A DNA stretch of 64,000 nucleotides, taken from contig NC_043006.1 in the NCBI RefSeq assembly GCF_006345805.1, forward strand, positions 32,426,001-32,490,000, in the 5' to 3' direction. The position numbers and the translations under genes are program-made. The DNA comes from Octopus sinensis. Lineage: Eukaryota. Of this stretch, positions 41,327 through 54,505 are shown in pieces (within the stretch, counting starts at the first letter, position 1; each line of letters begins with the position of its first letter). Under the pieces are notes generated by a model. The model was not told where the DNA came from and did no database searches. It worked only from the letters and a program-made list of their open reading frames with translations.

Positions 41327-41415
41327 TGTTGATAAATAGACAGATAGACAGGCAAACAGATAAATAGATAGGTAGACAGACATACAGACAGACAGATATA
41401 TATATATACACACAG

Positions 41416-41449
<34 letters not shown>

Positions 41450-43261
41450 GTATGTATGTATGTATGTATTTGAGATAGATAGATAGATAAATAGATAGAT
41501 AGACGAATGGCTGGATGGATAGACAAGTAGACAAACCGAGTAGGCATGTATATATACGTAAAGATATTTGACGTACGAATGAGTAAGAAAGATATGTATC
41601 TATATATGTGTGTGTGTGTGTGTGTGTTTGCGTGTTAGCAGATATTCCCTATACTCAAATACAATGAAAGTTCTGTAAATCTGTGATAGAATGCATGCAG
41701 ATGGAATGTAAATATATCTTCTATAGATTTTGTCTTTGTTTTAAGAAATATTGATTTCTAATATTGGCACAAAGCCACACATTCAGTGGGGAGGGGAGAA
41801 AGTAAATTCGACTATATTTTCAATCGATCTCAGTACTTCACTGGTGCATTGTTGTCAGATTCCAGAAGATAAAAGACAGGATTTTCCTCTTGGAGATTTG
41901 AGCTTAGAACGTCATGATCCACAGTAGATACTGCAAGACGTTTTCTCTGATGCTGTTACTGCGCTATAATGACACAATTTCCTAATAAAGAGTTGGTAGT
42001 TTGATCGAACCTGCCTCAATTTTATGACTGGTAGTGGACATTCTTACTCTTGCATTGTTGATATTTAGCTCTAGATCAGCTGGAAAATCTTATGAGAGTT
42101 GCTTTTGACAGGACCTTAAGGAGGACCTCAAAGAAGAGATGTCTGAGAACTACGCGACCCTCCCAGGAATTGTAGGCAGAGAAGGTGTCATGAATAAACG
42201 TATGGATGAATGGGTGCCTTTATCATATCTCAACAGCGTAACACCATATCTCTACCACATACCACCCAGTACGACATAGCGCTATACTTCCACAATATAA
42301 TTTTAAAACCTACCATCATACCTCTATAACATGCCATCTTGCCTCTACAGCTTGCCATCATGTCTATTGAAAATCCCGCCTAACTACTACAACCTGGCCA
42401 GGGGTGATGTTCTACTTCATTGTATCTCATACATTATTAAACATGAAAATCTTTTTCTCGTGCATCTACGACCAGGTCATTGATAGTTTACCTCACTCTC
42501 TCTCACCCTTCTCAGCTTTCAAAGTATTTCCTCTCACATCTACAACCTGGTCACTCTATCACGTACTTATTAAATTCACAATGAACTGTCTCCTGTCCTC
42601 TCATATATTATTTCACTATATCTTATACATCATTAACAATAAGAGTCTTTTGTCGTGTCTGTCGATGGGTCGGTCGCTCATACTCCAATGCATTCTCTTT
42701 TCTTTTTACCAGTTATTGTTTGTACAACCGTTCTGCTCTTCTTATCGTGTTGTTGTTGTTTTTGCATCAATATATTCAACAGTGTGGTGTCTGCATGTGA
42801 GTGTATGTAAGTAACTGAAGAATACAAATGTCTGTACTTATACGTGTTCAATTGATCTCGCTTTAAAAAAAGGGCAACAATATCGAAATTTCGCAATTTA
42901 CGTTGCACTAACTATTCTTGTTTTTGGCTTCGTTTTTTTTTTGTTTGGGAGGGGGTGGATGGTGGGATGGGAGGTGTGGGTTCGGCTAATTATTGACTCT
43001 GTCATTGTTGTTGTTGTTGTTATTGTTGTTGTTAGTAATATTTATTGTTTTCTCTGAAGACTTTTAGTTTTCTTGACGCTTGTAGAGATTCTGGATATTG
43101 GTATCTCTTCTATCAATTATTTCTTTTGTTGTCGGACAAAGATTTTCACTTTTCATAGCTAATTATTTAAGAAATAAAAATGAACGTCAGCCTTGTCTGT
43201 TTGCACGCGCGTGCACGCACACACGCACCCGCACACGCACACAAACACACACACACAAACA

Positions 43262-44023
43262 CACACACACACGCACACACATACGTGTGTGTGTGTGTGT
43301 GTGTGTGCGTGTGTACATATGTATCTACGTGTGCATATATAGTCGACTATAATACAATGCCCCATATGGGCACAGTCTAATGACGGAAACCAAAGTAAAA
43401 AGTATATATATACTCTTTTACTCTTTTACTTGTTTCAATCATTTGACTGTGGCCATGCTAGAGCACCGCCTTTAATCGAGAAAATCGACCCCAGGACTTA
43501 TTCTTTGTAAGCCTAGTACTTATTCTATCGGTCTCTTCTGCCGAACCGCTAGGTTACGGTGACGTAAACACACCAGCATCAGTTGTCAAGTGATGTTGGG
43601 GGGAGGGGGCAAACACAGACGCACAAACATACACACACACACACACACACACAACACACACACACACGCACACACATACGTGTGTGTGTGTGTGTGTGTG
43701 TGTGCGTGTGTACATATGTATCTACGTGTGCATATATAGTCGACTATAATACAATGCCCCATATGGGCACAGTCTAATGACGGAAACCAAAGTAAAAAGT
43801 ATATATATACTCTTTTACTCTTTTACTTGTTTCAATCATTTGACTGTGGCCATGCTAGAGCACCGCCTTTAATCGAGAAAATCGACCCCAGGACTTATTC
43901 TTTGTAAGCCTAGTACTTATTCTATCGGTCTCTTCTGCCGAACCGCTAGGTTACGGTGACGTAAACACACCAGCATCAGTTGTCAAGTGATGTTGGGGGG
44001 AGGGGGCAAACACAGACGCACAA

Positions 44024-44040
<17 letters not shown>
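43262..44040. repeat. Direct tandem duplication, period 397 bp
   Basis: Apparently identical units (for example 43583 and 43980) with breakpoints in (CA)n; includes a family A SINE tail. Confidence 0.9.
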
Positions 44041-44080
<40 letters not shown>

Positions 44081-44250
44081 CATATATACGACGGGCTTCT
44101 TTCAGTTTCCGTCTATCAAATCCACTCACAAGGCGTTGTCAGTCCGAGGCTATAGCAGAAGACGCTTGCCCAAGCTACAATGGAAGGGTACTGAACCCGT
44201 AACAATGTGGTTGGGAAGCAAGCTTCTTACCCACACAGCCACGCCTGCGC
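43812..44250 (-). mobile_element. tRNA-derived SINE (family A)
   Basis: Reverse complement of the family consensus; head ends CACAGCCACGCCTGCGCC. Confidence 0.85.
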
Positions 44251-44346
44251 CTGCATATATATATGAATATATATATATATATATACATACATACATACAT
44301 ACATACACACACATATACATATATATACATGTATATATATATATAC

Positions 44347-44740
44347 AGGAGTGGCTGTGTGGTAAGTAGCTTGCTAACCAACCACATGGTTCTGGGTTCA
44401 GTCCCACAGCGTGGCATCTTGGGCAAGTGTCTTCTGCTATAGCCCCGGGCCGACCAATGCCTTGTGAGTGGATTTGGTAGACGGAAACTGAAAGAAGCCT
44501 GTCGTATATATGTATATATATATGTATGTGTGTTTGTTTGTGTGTTTGTCCCCCTAGCATTGCTTGATAACCGAAGCTGGTGTGTTTATGTCCCCGTTAC
44601 TTAGCGGTTCGGCAAAAGAGACCGATAGAATAAGTACTGGGCTTACAAAGAATAAGTTCCGGGGTCGATTTGCTCGACTAAAGGCGGTGCTCTAGCATGG
44701 CCACAGTCAAATGACTGAAACAAGTAAAAAGAGTAAAAAA
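44347..44740 (+). mobile_element. tRNA-derived SINE (family A)
   Basis: Homologous to 17838-18303; lies head-to-head with the previous copy. Confidence 0.85.
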
Positions 44741-44741
44741 A

Positions 44742-44793
<52 letters not shown>

Positions 44794-45788
44794 ACATATG
44801 TATGTATATAATCTTCTACATGTTTTAGTCATTAGACTGCGGCCATGCTTGGTCATGGTCTTGAACGGCTTTTGTCGAGCAAATTGACTTACAGACTTAT
44901 ATTTTTAAAGACTGTTAGTTACCTATCGTTCACTTGCCGAACTGTTACATGTCACCTCTATTTATTCTTCCTCTTTTCTCCAACCCCTTTTCGGCTTGAT
45001 AATTGCCCATGGTCAGTCTGGCTATGATCTTTATGTAGAAAAGTATTTATTGATCCTCATAAACGTTTTTCTGCTTTTCTTTCTGTATTTGTTGTAAACA
45101 TTTTTGTATTTTCTCTCATTCTCTTAGATCCTGTCTCTTTTAACGTACCTCTGTTCCTAGGAATTCTTTACTTGTCTTCCTTTACGCCTTTTTTTATTGC
45201 CTCTCATATGAGTTCTGCATATTGCCTTTCTCTACAGATAAAAACTATCACATTCTAATTCTGGTAGAGACATCTCTCCATCAAACTCTTGAATTCGTTT
45301 CCGATATACTTTTATGCTTCTCCCTTGATAATGGCTTTTTGTGCGTATATATATATATATATATATACACGAACATATGCATTCCAATATTGATAGAAAA
45401 GTTATTGTTTACAAACCACAGAGATGAATAATATAAGTATTTATGCGAAAAAATACAAATGATGAATAATTAATGGTTATTATAGTACTAATTTTTTCCT
45501 TTTATTTCCCAAGGTCTTTTGCATTTTTTCCCCTCAAAATTATATTTCATCTCTCTTTCTGTCCTCAATATGCTTGGCGGCATATTATAATTAATATAAA
45601 CAACCCATATTATAATTAAACATTTATATATATATTTTTCAAATGCATTGTGGGGTTCTAGAAAAAATTCAACAATCACTGTCTTATCACATTAACCTAT
45701 CGTCTTAAGAAGTTGTTTACATTTGAATATTTCAAAACAGTCCTACAATTAGTTATTTCGTAAATCAAGACCAGAAGATATACTTTCT

Positions 45789-45886
45789 ATTCCTGAAGAT
45801 ACCCGACAGAATATGGTCTTTTACATCTAAAAACGTTTGAATGATGATGATTCCAGCATACTGTCGGATTGAAACATACGTAGGAT
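45789..45886 (+). ncRNA. Type I hammerhead ribozyme candidate with extended helix II
   Basis: ATTC-CTGAAGA-TAC-CCGACAG...CTGTCGG-ATT-GAA-ACATACGT-A-GGAT. Confidence 0.55.
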
Positions 45887-46037
45887 TTTTTGGTTGCTTT
45901 GTTGATCCAGTTTCTTTATTCTTATATGTATCACTTTTTCATTGCATTAATTTTCCATTCTGATACAAATAACATGAACCAAATACGTTATATTGAACCA
46001 ATACGTTAAAATGAACAAAGCACGTTATAAAAATAAG

Positions 46038-46134
<97 letters not shown>

Positions 46135-47085
46135 ATTTATTTGTTTTATCGCTTGATCTTGGACTGCTACAATTAGGTGCTGTGTTTCTTTTTTTAATTG
46201 CCCTTTTTTAACCGAGCCCAGGATTTTATTCTATATACACCTTCAGTGGCTCTCCAAAATTGGCTATGTAAAGGTCTGTCTGAGGTGCTCTCTTTGTATT
46301 TTACTTTTCTCCTTTTCTCCTATTACGTGCATCATCACCGACTCTTTCTTAAACACTTTTAGTTAATTTTTCAATGCTGGTCTGTAAATACTCTACTATA
46401 CCTTTGCTTTCCATCTGTACACATTCTTCTACAGTTATTAAGCCTCTTCCAACTTAGTTTCTCTTCAAGTATAGCCGGTTGATATCATCTTTCGGATGGT
46501 GAGCTCCAAAAAATATATAAAGAGAGAATGTGTCAGAAAAATGTTGAGCCTTTGGAACTTGGTACGAGACAGTGGCACACATTGTAGCTGAATGTCCCAA
46601 GTTGGCACAGGAAGAATATAAGAAATGGAGGCACGACCAGATTGTAAAAAAGTTACACTGGAAACTATGTCGGAAATGGGAATTTAAAGCTAGAAACACA
46701 AGATACAATCATCGAGTCGAAAGAGTAATAGAGTCGGAAAAATGTAAGATTTTGTGAGACTTCCTTATTGAAACGGACAAAAAACTCAGAAAACAACAGA
46801 CAAGATATTATAATCATAGATAAAGAAAGGCAAAGTTGCTTACTTATCGACCCATCAAGCTCGTTTGATTCCAGGATCGTAAAGAAAGAAGAAGAAAAAC
46901 TATGAAAATGCAATCCCTTAAAATTTGAAATAAGAAGAATTTGGAGCATGCAAACAGTAAAGGTCGTGCCTATAATAATTGCTGCGTTGGGAACAGTAAG
47001 CAAAGATGTAGACTAGTGGCTGAGGGAGATTGGAATTGAATGTCTAGTAGAGCTCCTACAGAAAGTTTGTCTCTTAGGAACACTT
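46135..47085. mobile_element. R4/Dong-like element with inverted 5' half (46135-46510 minus, 46515-47085 plus)
   Basis: Minus: HHPKDDINRLY...GRGL...KKETQHLIVAVQDQAIK. Plus: ETVAHIVAECPKLAQEEYKKWRHD...DIIIIDKE...VVPIIIAALG...LQKVCLLGT. Confidence 0.8.
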
Positions 47086-47282
47086 GACGAAGAAGCCGTG
47101 TGAAAGCTAACATTAATAGTAAAACACTTCATTAAATTTATTGAAATATATTAAAGAGATTCCAATGAACTTATCACTTAGAATTTAAAATTTTCATGAC
47201 CGACATAGACAGGGTAACATGGTGATTGATTCATTAAGAATATACTAGCTACTATCTAATACACATACAAGATGTTTGTCCA

Positions 47283-47513
47283 TTGTTGAGGTCATCTTTT
47301 GCTTTGTTTTTGCGGATATTATATAATAATTGGTTATTTTGTGGCTATGGGTGGAGGGATAAGTATAATGTTATTTTTAGCTATTTCAAGGATTGGAGTT
47401 ATTCAGTGGTGAGGGCTGGCGGGTTTTCTAATTCTAAGTATGCTTTCTTAGGATCTGTTCGTGCTGTTGTTCAGAGTATTTCTTATGAGATGTGGCTGTC
47501 ATTAATTTTGACG
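47283..47513 (+). pseudogene. ND1: NUMT, mitochondrial NADH dehydrogenase subunit 1 fragment (copy 2)
   Basis: YSVV.AGGFSNSKYAFLGSVRAVVQSISYE matches the ND1 GWxSNSKYALLGxxRAVAQxISYE motif; frameshifted. Confidence 0.85.
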
Positions 47514-48872
47514 AGTTCTTTACCTGAAGAAACATCTGGACACTTTAGAAATATCCTACAATCTCGGTGTATTCTTAGCTGCAGAATGCAAGAATATCAA
47601 CAGTACCAAAGTCAGGATGCAACATCGAACATTAATGTGATATCATCACCAATATTCTGCTGCTAGCAATCTCTAGTTCCACAGGATTGTATCTTTCATT
47701 GTTGCAACGTGTTGTGTTTCTAGCTTCCATTCCCTTCTGTGCTTCCTATAGTTGAGAGTGAGAGGAAGAATCACCCCTTCACTCCGTGGGTAGTTCAAAA
47801 CTGTACTATAAACCGTTCCAAGTACGAGAGATTTGTCGGTAATATAAAGTTAAGTAAGGATATTAAGCTGTAATTCAGACAAGAAAAATTCAAGAAACTG
47901 AGAAGAAAACGCGACAGACTGACTGACCAGTGGAGCAGGTAATTCGGAACTCTGAAGAAAGGATCCAATACAGAACCTGTATAATTTCGCGGTTTACATA
48001 TGTATATTTAGATATAAATGAATTTAAAAGTGTGTATGAAAGGTTTTTGAAGTAAGGTGAAAAATGAATATTTTGACAGGGGAAAATTATTCGAGATAAA
48101 TCTCAATTGGAAGAATTCTAAAATATGGCTCTGGAGTATTAGACTGGAATGTGACAGAAATATATTCCATGGACTAAAATAAAACGAATCTATTTAAAAT
48201 AATTTTTAATAAATTTGCACACAGCACATACAATATACATTTACCACCCAGTCATAAACTCAGATCATAACATAACCCTACATAACAATAATCCTGCAAC
48301 ACGATTGCCATCAAATAATAATATAACACAGTTTTTAATCCAGTGGTAATCCGATTACTGTGTGTCAGAGTATTATTGAAATATGCAAAAGGTTTCGGGA
48401 AGAAACCAAAATGGTAATCAAAAGTCCAAAGAATATAATTATGCTGTGGGAGAAAAACAAAGACTTCTCTGGTTCAGTCATTGATATCGAGATGAGGAAC
48501 TAAGAAAAGAACAAAAAAAAAAGAAAGAAAAAAGGAAAAACGAAATAAGAAGGATGAATAAAACCGGGTTGTTTACGTCAAAGATTGAATGGTGAAAGAA
48601 AACGGAAGTCAAGAAGGCGGAAAAATGCATCAAAGAGTGTTGCAAGTAACAGATGTTTGGAAACTAAGGGAGATAAGCGGAGAGAGCAAGTTAAGTGGGT
48701 TGTTGTGTAAGCATGAAAATGCGTGTATTAGTATAGAAGAGCGTGTGTGGGTATGTATGTTCTTGGGATTATATATATAAGTACGCATGGTTACACACTG
48801 TAAATATTGTAGCATTGAAGCGTGTATATTTCGTAATACTATACATACATATATGTATGAATGCATTATGTT

Positions 48873-49003
<131 letters not shown>

Positions 49004-49284
49004 ATGTGTGTGTATATATATATATGAAGGAGAAAAAGAAGAAAATGAAAAGATTGACACGTAGACATCAGTTTATTTAAAAATATTCAAGCTAATATAA
49101 TGAAATTCCAGTCTTACACCCGTTTCCATATCCAATTAGTTGATTTACAGAAATTAAATTAAATTAAATCAATTTATTTAAAATTTTCATGTTGAAACTG
49201 GCGGATTGGGTATTTCATGAGGGAGGAATTTTCCAAAATATTCTCATTCATAAATATGTTAAATACATATATATATATATATAT

Positions 49285-49340
<56 letters not shown>

Positions 49341-49497
49341 ATGCAAAACTAATATATTTAGTTTTCATTGAATACTGGTATAAACTGAAGAACTAGGAGG
49401 CTATCATCTCTTAAAGGATTTTAGCTAAATTATATATATTAGAAAATTACTATTTTTAAATCTCACAACGTGAGATATTCAGCAACAGGACGTTGGA

Positions 49498-49747
49498 GTA
49501 AAGATTGTTTGCCAACATAATATGGCAGTCCTGTTTTAGGACGAATGTTGCTGTAATTTAGCCCCAGGAGACATCATCTCCAGTTGGCTATACGACATGA
49601 TCTGTGTCCTTATATTTTCAAACAAGGGAATCTAGCATACCCACTCAGCTCAAAACAATATCTGTGAATGTGGTGAAAAGATATTGTTTTGAACTAATAT
49701 TCGTCCTAAACCAGGACTGCCATGTTATGTTGGCAAACAATCTTTAC
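49498..49747. mobile_element. MITE with about 52-bp TIRs
   Basis: GTAAAGATTGTTTGCCAACATAA.ATGGCAGTCCTG..TTAGGACGAAT and its reverse complement at 49696-49747. Confidence 0.75.
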
Positions 49748-49855
49748 CTGAAGAAACATCTGGACACTTTAGAAATATCCTACAATCTAGGTGTATTGCA
49801 AAAATCGGTTTTATTTAGAACTGCACGCATATGGCGTAAAGTACTGTCAGTCGGA
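49748..49855 (+). mobile_element. RLE retrotransposon extreme C-terminal fragment
   Basis: LKKHLDTLEISYNLGVLQKSVLFRTARIWRKVLSV resembles QKxxLLGTAxILRKxLS. Confidence 0.65.
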
Positions 49856-49959
49856 GTTCCTTCTTCCGACTTGACAGACCGTACACACCCCCGGTACACA
49901 CAATATCTGCAATCTACAGCATCACAATATTGGATACTGTGCCACGTCTTTGATGATGT

Positions 49960-50048
<89 letters not shown>

Positions 50049-50049
50049 T

Positions 50050-50678
50050 GGAGATGGACAAGAAACAATAAATCATATTATCTCTGGCTGCCCAGTCCTG
50101 GCTAAGAAGGACTATATTCACAGACATGACAGAGTTGGAACCTACATACACTGGAAGCTATGCCAACATTGTGGAATAACAACAGAAAAAAGATGGTATA
50201 GGCACACACCAGAAAAGGTCACAGAAAACGAGAAAGCAACCATACTCTGGGATATGCCAATACACACAGATAGAGAAATTAAGGCCAACAGACCAGATAT
50301 ATGCTTTCTAATTGATGTATCAATACCGGCAGATAACAACGTGTCTCTAAAAAAATGGAGAAACTTTCAAAATACAAAGACCTGGAAATAGAGGTAATCA
50401 GAATGTGGAATCTAAAAACAGAAACAATTCTTATCGTAGTAGGTGCATTAGGCATGATAAAAAAATATTCAGACAAATACATAACAAAAACACCAGGACT
50501 TACAAACACATATAACATACAGAAAATTGCACTACTAGGCACTGCACAAATCCTACGCAGAACACTTTCCATACAATAACCATCAGAGCATCACAACAAA
50601 TCACAGCGCATACCTAAGGCACACAGAGCTGCGCTCGGTAGTGAAGTGAAAGCACGCTATAAAAATAAAACTACTGAA
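50050..50678 (+). mobile_element. 5'-truncated R4/Dong-like element in (TAA)n
   Basis: SGCPVLAKKDYIHRHDRVGTYIHW...ILWDMPIHTDREIKANRPD...KLSKYKDLEIE...QKIALLGTAQILRR; (TAA)n on both sides. Confidence 0.88.
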
Positions 50679-50680
50679 TG

Positions 50681-50804
<124 letters not shown>

Positions 50805-50820
50805 TAATAATAATAATAAT

Positions 50821-51026
50821 TTCTATGTAATCTCAATGTTTAAAACAAACATAATTTTCGGTTTAAAAAAAAAATTTTTTTACTAGACATTCATTAGTAC
50901 AACACCCCCCCCCAAATATATGGCACACTAGGCATAACAACAACATGAACTTCCAACCTGTTGTCTCCTGAGGTCTCTGCGTGAGACTTGGAGCCAACTT
51001 GTACAAATATAAAGCATAAGTCAAAC

Positions 51027-51028
<2 letters not shown>
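50821..51028 (+). mobile_element. 3' UTR-only copy of the 13681-17168 Dong family in (TAA)n
   Basis: Matches the reverse complement of about 13681-13902. Confidence 0.88.
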
Positions 51029-51067
<39 letters not shown>

Positions 51068-51109
51068 TAATAATAATAATAATAATATAATAATAACAAT
51101 AATCTTAAC

Positions 51110-52550
51110 GTGAAAATGATTAATCAGTTAAAATCGATGCATCAATACAAACAGTACACACGTATAATGAAGGAATTTATATGAACATTAACTTTGAAAT
51201 ATGCACCGATGCAACCTGGAAGAGAAGATTAAGAACAGTAACAGCATGTTAAATAAAGATAAGAGAATTTGACCCAAGACGGACTTAGCAAATACTTAGG
51301 AATTAATGAACCACGTGGACAAATGTAAAAGAAAGCGAGGAACGAATACTAAAGACGCATTAAATTAATAATTAAAGCTGAGTTAATTGCACAAGATTGA
51401 GATGATAGGCATCAATACTTTACTTGTCAGCAATAAGATATAATATTGTCAAGTAGCTCATTAAATGAATTAGCAAGACTAGATAGGGTAACATGGTGAG
51501 TGATTCATTAAGAATATACTAACTACTATCTAATACACATACAAGATGTTCGTCCATTGTTGAGGTCATCTTTTGCTTTGTTTTTGCGGATATTATATAA
51601 TAATTGGTTATTTTGTGGTTATGGGTGGAGGGATAAGTATAATGTTATTTTTAGCTATTTCAAGGATTGGAGTTATTCAGTGGTGAGGGCTGGCGGGTTT
51701 TCTAATTCTAAGTATGCTTTCTTAGGATCTGTTCGTGCTGTTGTTCAGAGTATTTCTTATGAGATGTGGCTGTCATTAATTTTGACGTGTTGTTTATTAG
51801 TGATGGGGTTTTAGCAACTAACTATAAGATCATTATAAAATATCTGCAGTAGAGCCATAAAATATCTATTAAAGGATAATTAGAAATGAAATACTATCAA
51901 ACACAGAGCAGCTATCAAACACAGAGAAATAGAAAGCTGTTTCATGTTTTCCTGAGAGCTTTATGAAACCAATAGGCTGGGAGTAACAGACAGTTCTGAG
52001 GAGAAGAAAAAAAAAGACATTAAATTGTTCAAAAATTAAAATGTAAATTGAAATAGAAATACGAAATGTCATATTAATAGAAAAAAACAGTCCATGGCCA
52101 ATACGAGATTGGCAAATGAGAAGTTGATAAAGAAAAGCTACAATAGTGAATGTAAAACACAAATGTAAATACTAAGACCGAGAGATTTCTTGGTTGCAGA
52201 TCAGGTTCAGAATCTTCCCACTTGAAATTATTAAAAACATATAGTGAAGCTGCCATATATTAAGATTCTACAGAATATGCAAAGGCTGGTAAGAAATAAC
52301 GAATCAAAATATTCCTCGCATTCAAGTCTAAGCGAAAAGAGAATCACAGAGAACAAATATGAGCAAAGGAGGATTGAAGTTTCAATTCACTGGAAGTTGA
52401 TGCTAGCATTATGAAATACCAACAGAACAGACGTGGTATCCACATACAATAGAATAGAAAAAGTTTCAGAGAATGACATGTGAAGGTATTCTGATGTACA
52501 CCACACACACAGAGGGAGAATAAAGCAATCAGTCGGATATGGATGTCATG
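51110..52550 (+). mobile_element. Old, highly degenerate R4/Dong relic hosting the NUMT
   Basis: KYLGINE, RRIKLIIKAEL, IGINTL, ELARLDRVT before the NUMT; FLVADQVQNLPT*NY after it. Confidence 0.55.
51557..51812 (+). pseudogene. ND1: NUMT, mitochondrial ND1 fragment (copy 1, longer)
   Basis: Same motif as 47283, extending to LSLILTCCLLVMGF; G/T-skewed composition. Confidence 0.85.
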
Positions 52551-52870
52551 ATCCAGCAGGTCAAGAAGTGACGTCTGTTCAAAATCCCGACATGTAGTAA
52601 TGTGTTTCTAAGAGTAAAGGAGAAAATAACTAAATCTAAAACAATCTGTAAACAGTAGAAAATCTGTAATAACCAGGAAGGAGCGGGGACTGAAATTAGA
52701 AAACTGTTTATAGAGATAGGTGGAGATGGAATCTACACGGGGCAAAGCAATATTCTGAAAGATAACAGGAATAGGTGTTGCACACACGTACACACACATA
52801 CATGCTACACTACACACACATGCAGATATGCCACCACACACACCTACACGTACACACACATGCATATATA

Positions 52871-52953
<83 letters not shown>

Positions 52954-53129
52954 CAGAGAGAGAGAGGGAAGAGAATAATAGAGTAGAACACAAAAACAAA
53001 ACATCAAGACTCAAACCAGTTCTGATTAAATGTCGAGTGAAAGGAACAATGTCGCTGATGGTGATAATTCTTTTAAACTGTGAGCGCAAGGTCAGCAATT
53101 TTGGAGAAAGCAGGAAGGTAATTACAGCA

Positions 53130-53403
53130 AACCCCAGTGGATAACTGGTACGTATTTTATCCACCTCAAAAGGACGAAAGATAAAATTCATCGCAATGTA
53201 AAATGCCGTATCGAAGGCCGCAAATAATTTTATCCGGCGTGCTAACGATTCTGTCAGATCATCCATTTAATAATAATTATTGTTTCAAATTCTTGTACAA
53301 ACCCAACAGCTTTCGAGGGGAGGGGTAACTCGATTACATCACCCCCCCAGTGCATAACTGGTACTTTTTTATCGACACCGAGAGGATGAAAAGCAAAGTC
53401 GAC
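53130..53403 (-). mobile_element. SINE family B fragments
   Basis: ACTGGTAC.TTTTTATCGAC..CGAGAGGATGAAAAGCAAAGTCGAC and head remnant GGCGTGCTAACGATTCTG. Confidence 0.65.
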
Positions 53404-53466
<63 letters not shown>

Positions 53467-53702
53467 GTAATAATAATAACTGCCGCAGTTTTCGTTGATT
53501 TTATCATTTTGATCAATTTCTTGTTTCGACATTTATTTATTAAGATTCTATAATCAGTGCTGTTATCAATTACAGTTATGGCAGTCAACAGCAGAAACAC
53601 ACACACACACACCACACACACACACACACACACACCACACACACACACATAAATATGTGTGTGCATATACATATCTGAATACACACACACGTATATATAT
53701 AT

Positions 53703-53733
<31 letters not shown>

Positions 53734-54043
53734 TATATATATACAAATTGAGATAGGGGTCGTAAATGCAACCCTCCATGGGGTAAGATGTAAGATGTAA
53801 TCGATACTTATATTTATATTTACTTATATGTATATTCTCTTTTTTTATATATATTCTACTTATTATACAACATCACTCTTTTATGTACACTTTTTTACGT
53901 ACATTCATTTATGTACACTGATTTGTTCTGCTTTTTTATGTCTAACCCTACATTCTCTTATGTGGTGGTTTAATAAAGTATGTGATTGAGTATTATCTGG
54001 TAATTGATATTTGATTTAGATGTATTTCTCCATTTTCTTATCT

Positions 54044-54094
<51 letters not shown>

Positions 54095-54270
54095 TATATA
54101 TATATAATATATATATATATATGTATATATGTGTGTGTGTGCGTGTAAATAGTAAGGGATTACTCATATACATGCATATTTACATTATTATGCATATATG
54201 TGTATATATATATATGCATATATGAGTGTCTATATAATCCGAGTATTCTCAGCAGACTTACTCTCCAACC

Positions 54271-54333
<63 letters not shown>

Positions 54334-54445
54334 CACATACACACACATTTATATATATATATATACACACACACAGGCATATATATACATATCTATATCT
54401 ATATCTATTTCTATATCTATCTATCTCTATATAAATATATATATA

Positions 54446-54505
<60 letters not shown>

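Noticed and set aside
47283-47666. 127-aa ORF as a functional nuclear ND1-like gene
   Set aside because: Frameshifted relative to ND1 and fused to unrelated duplicated sequence; it is a NUMT
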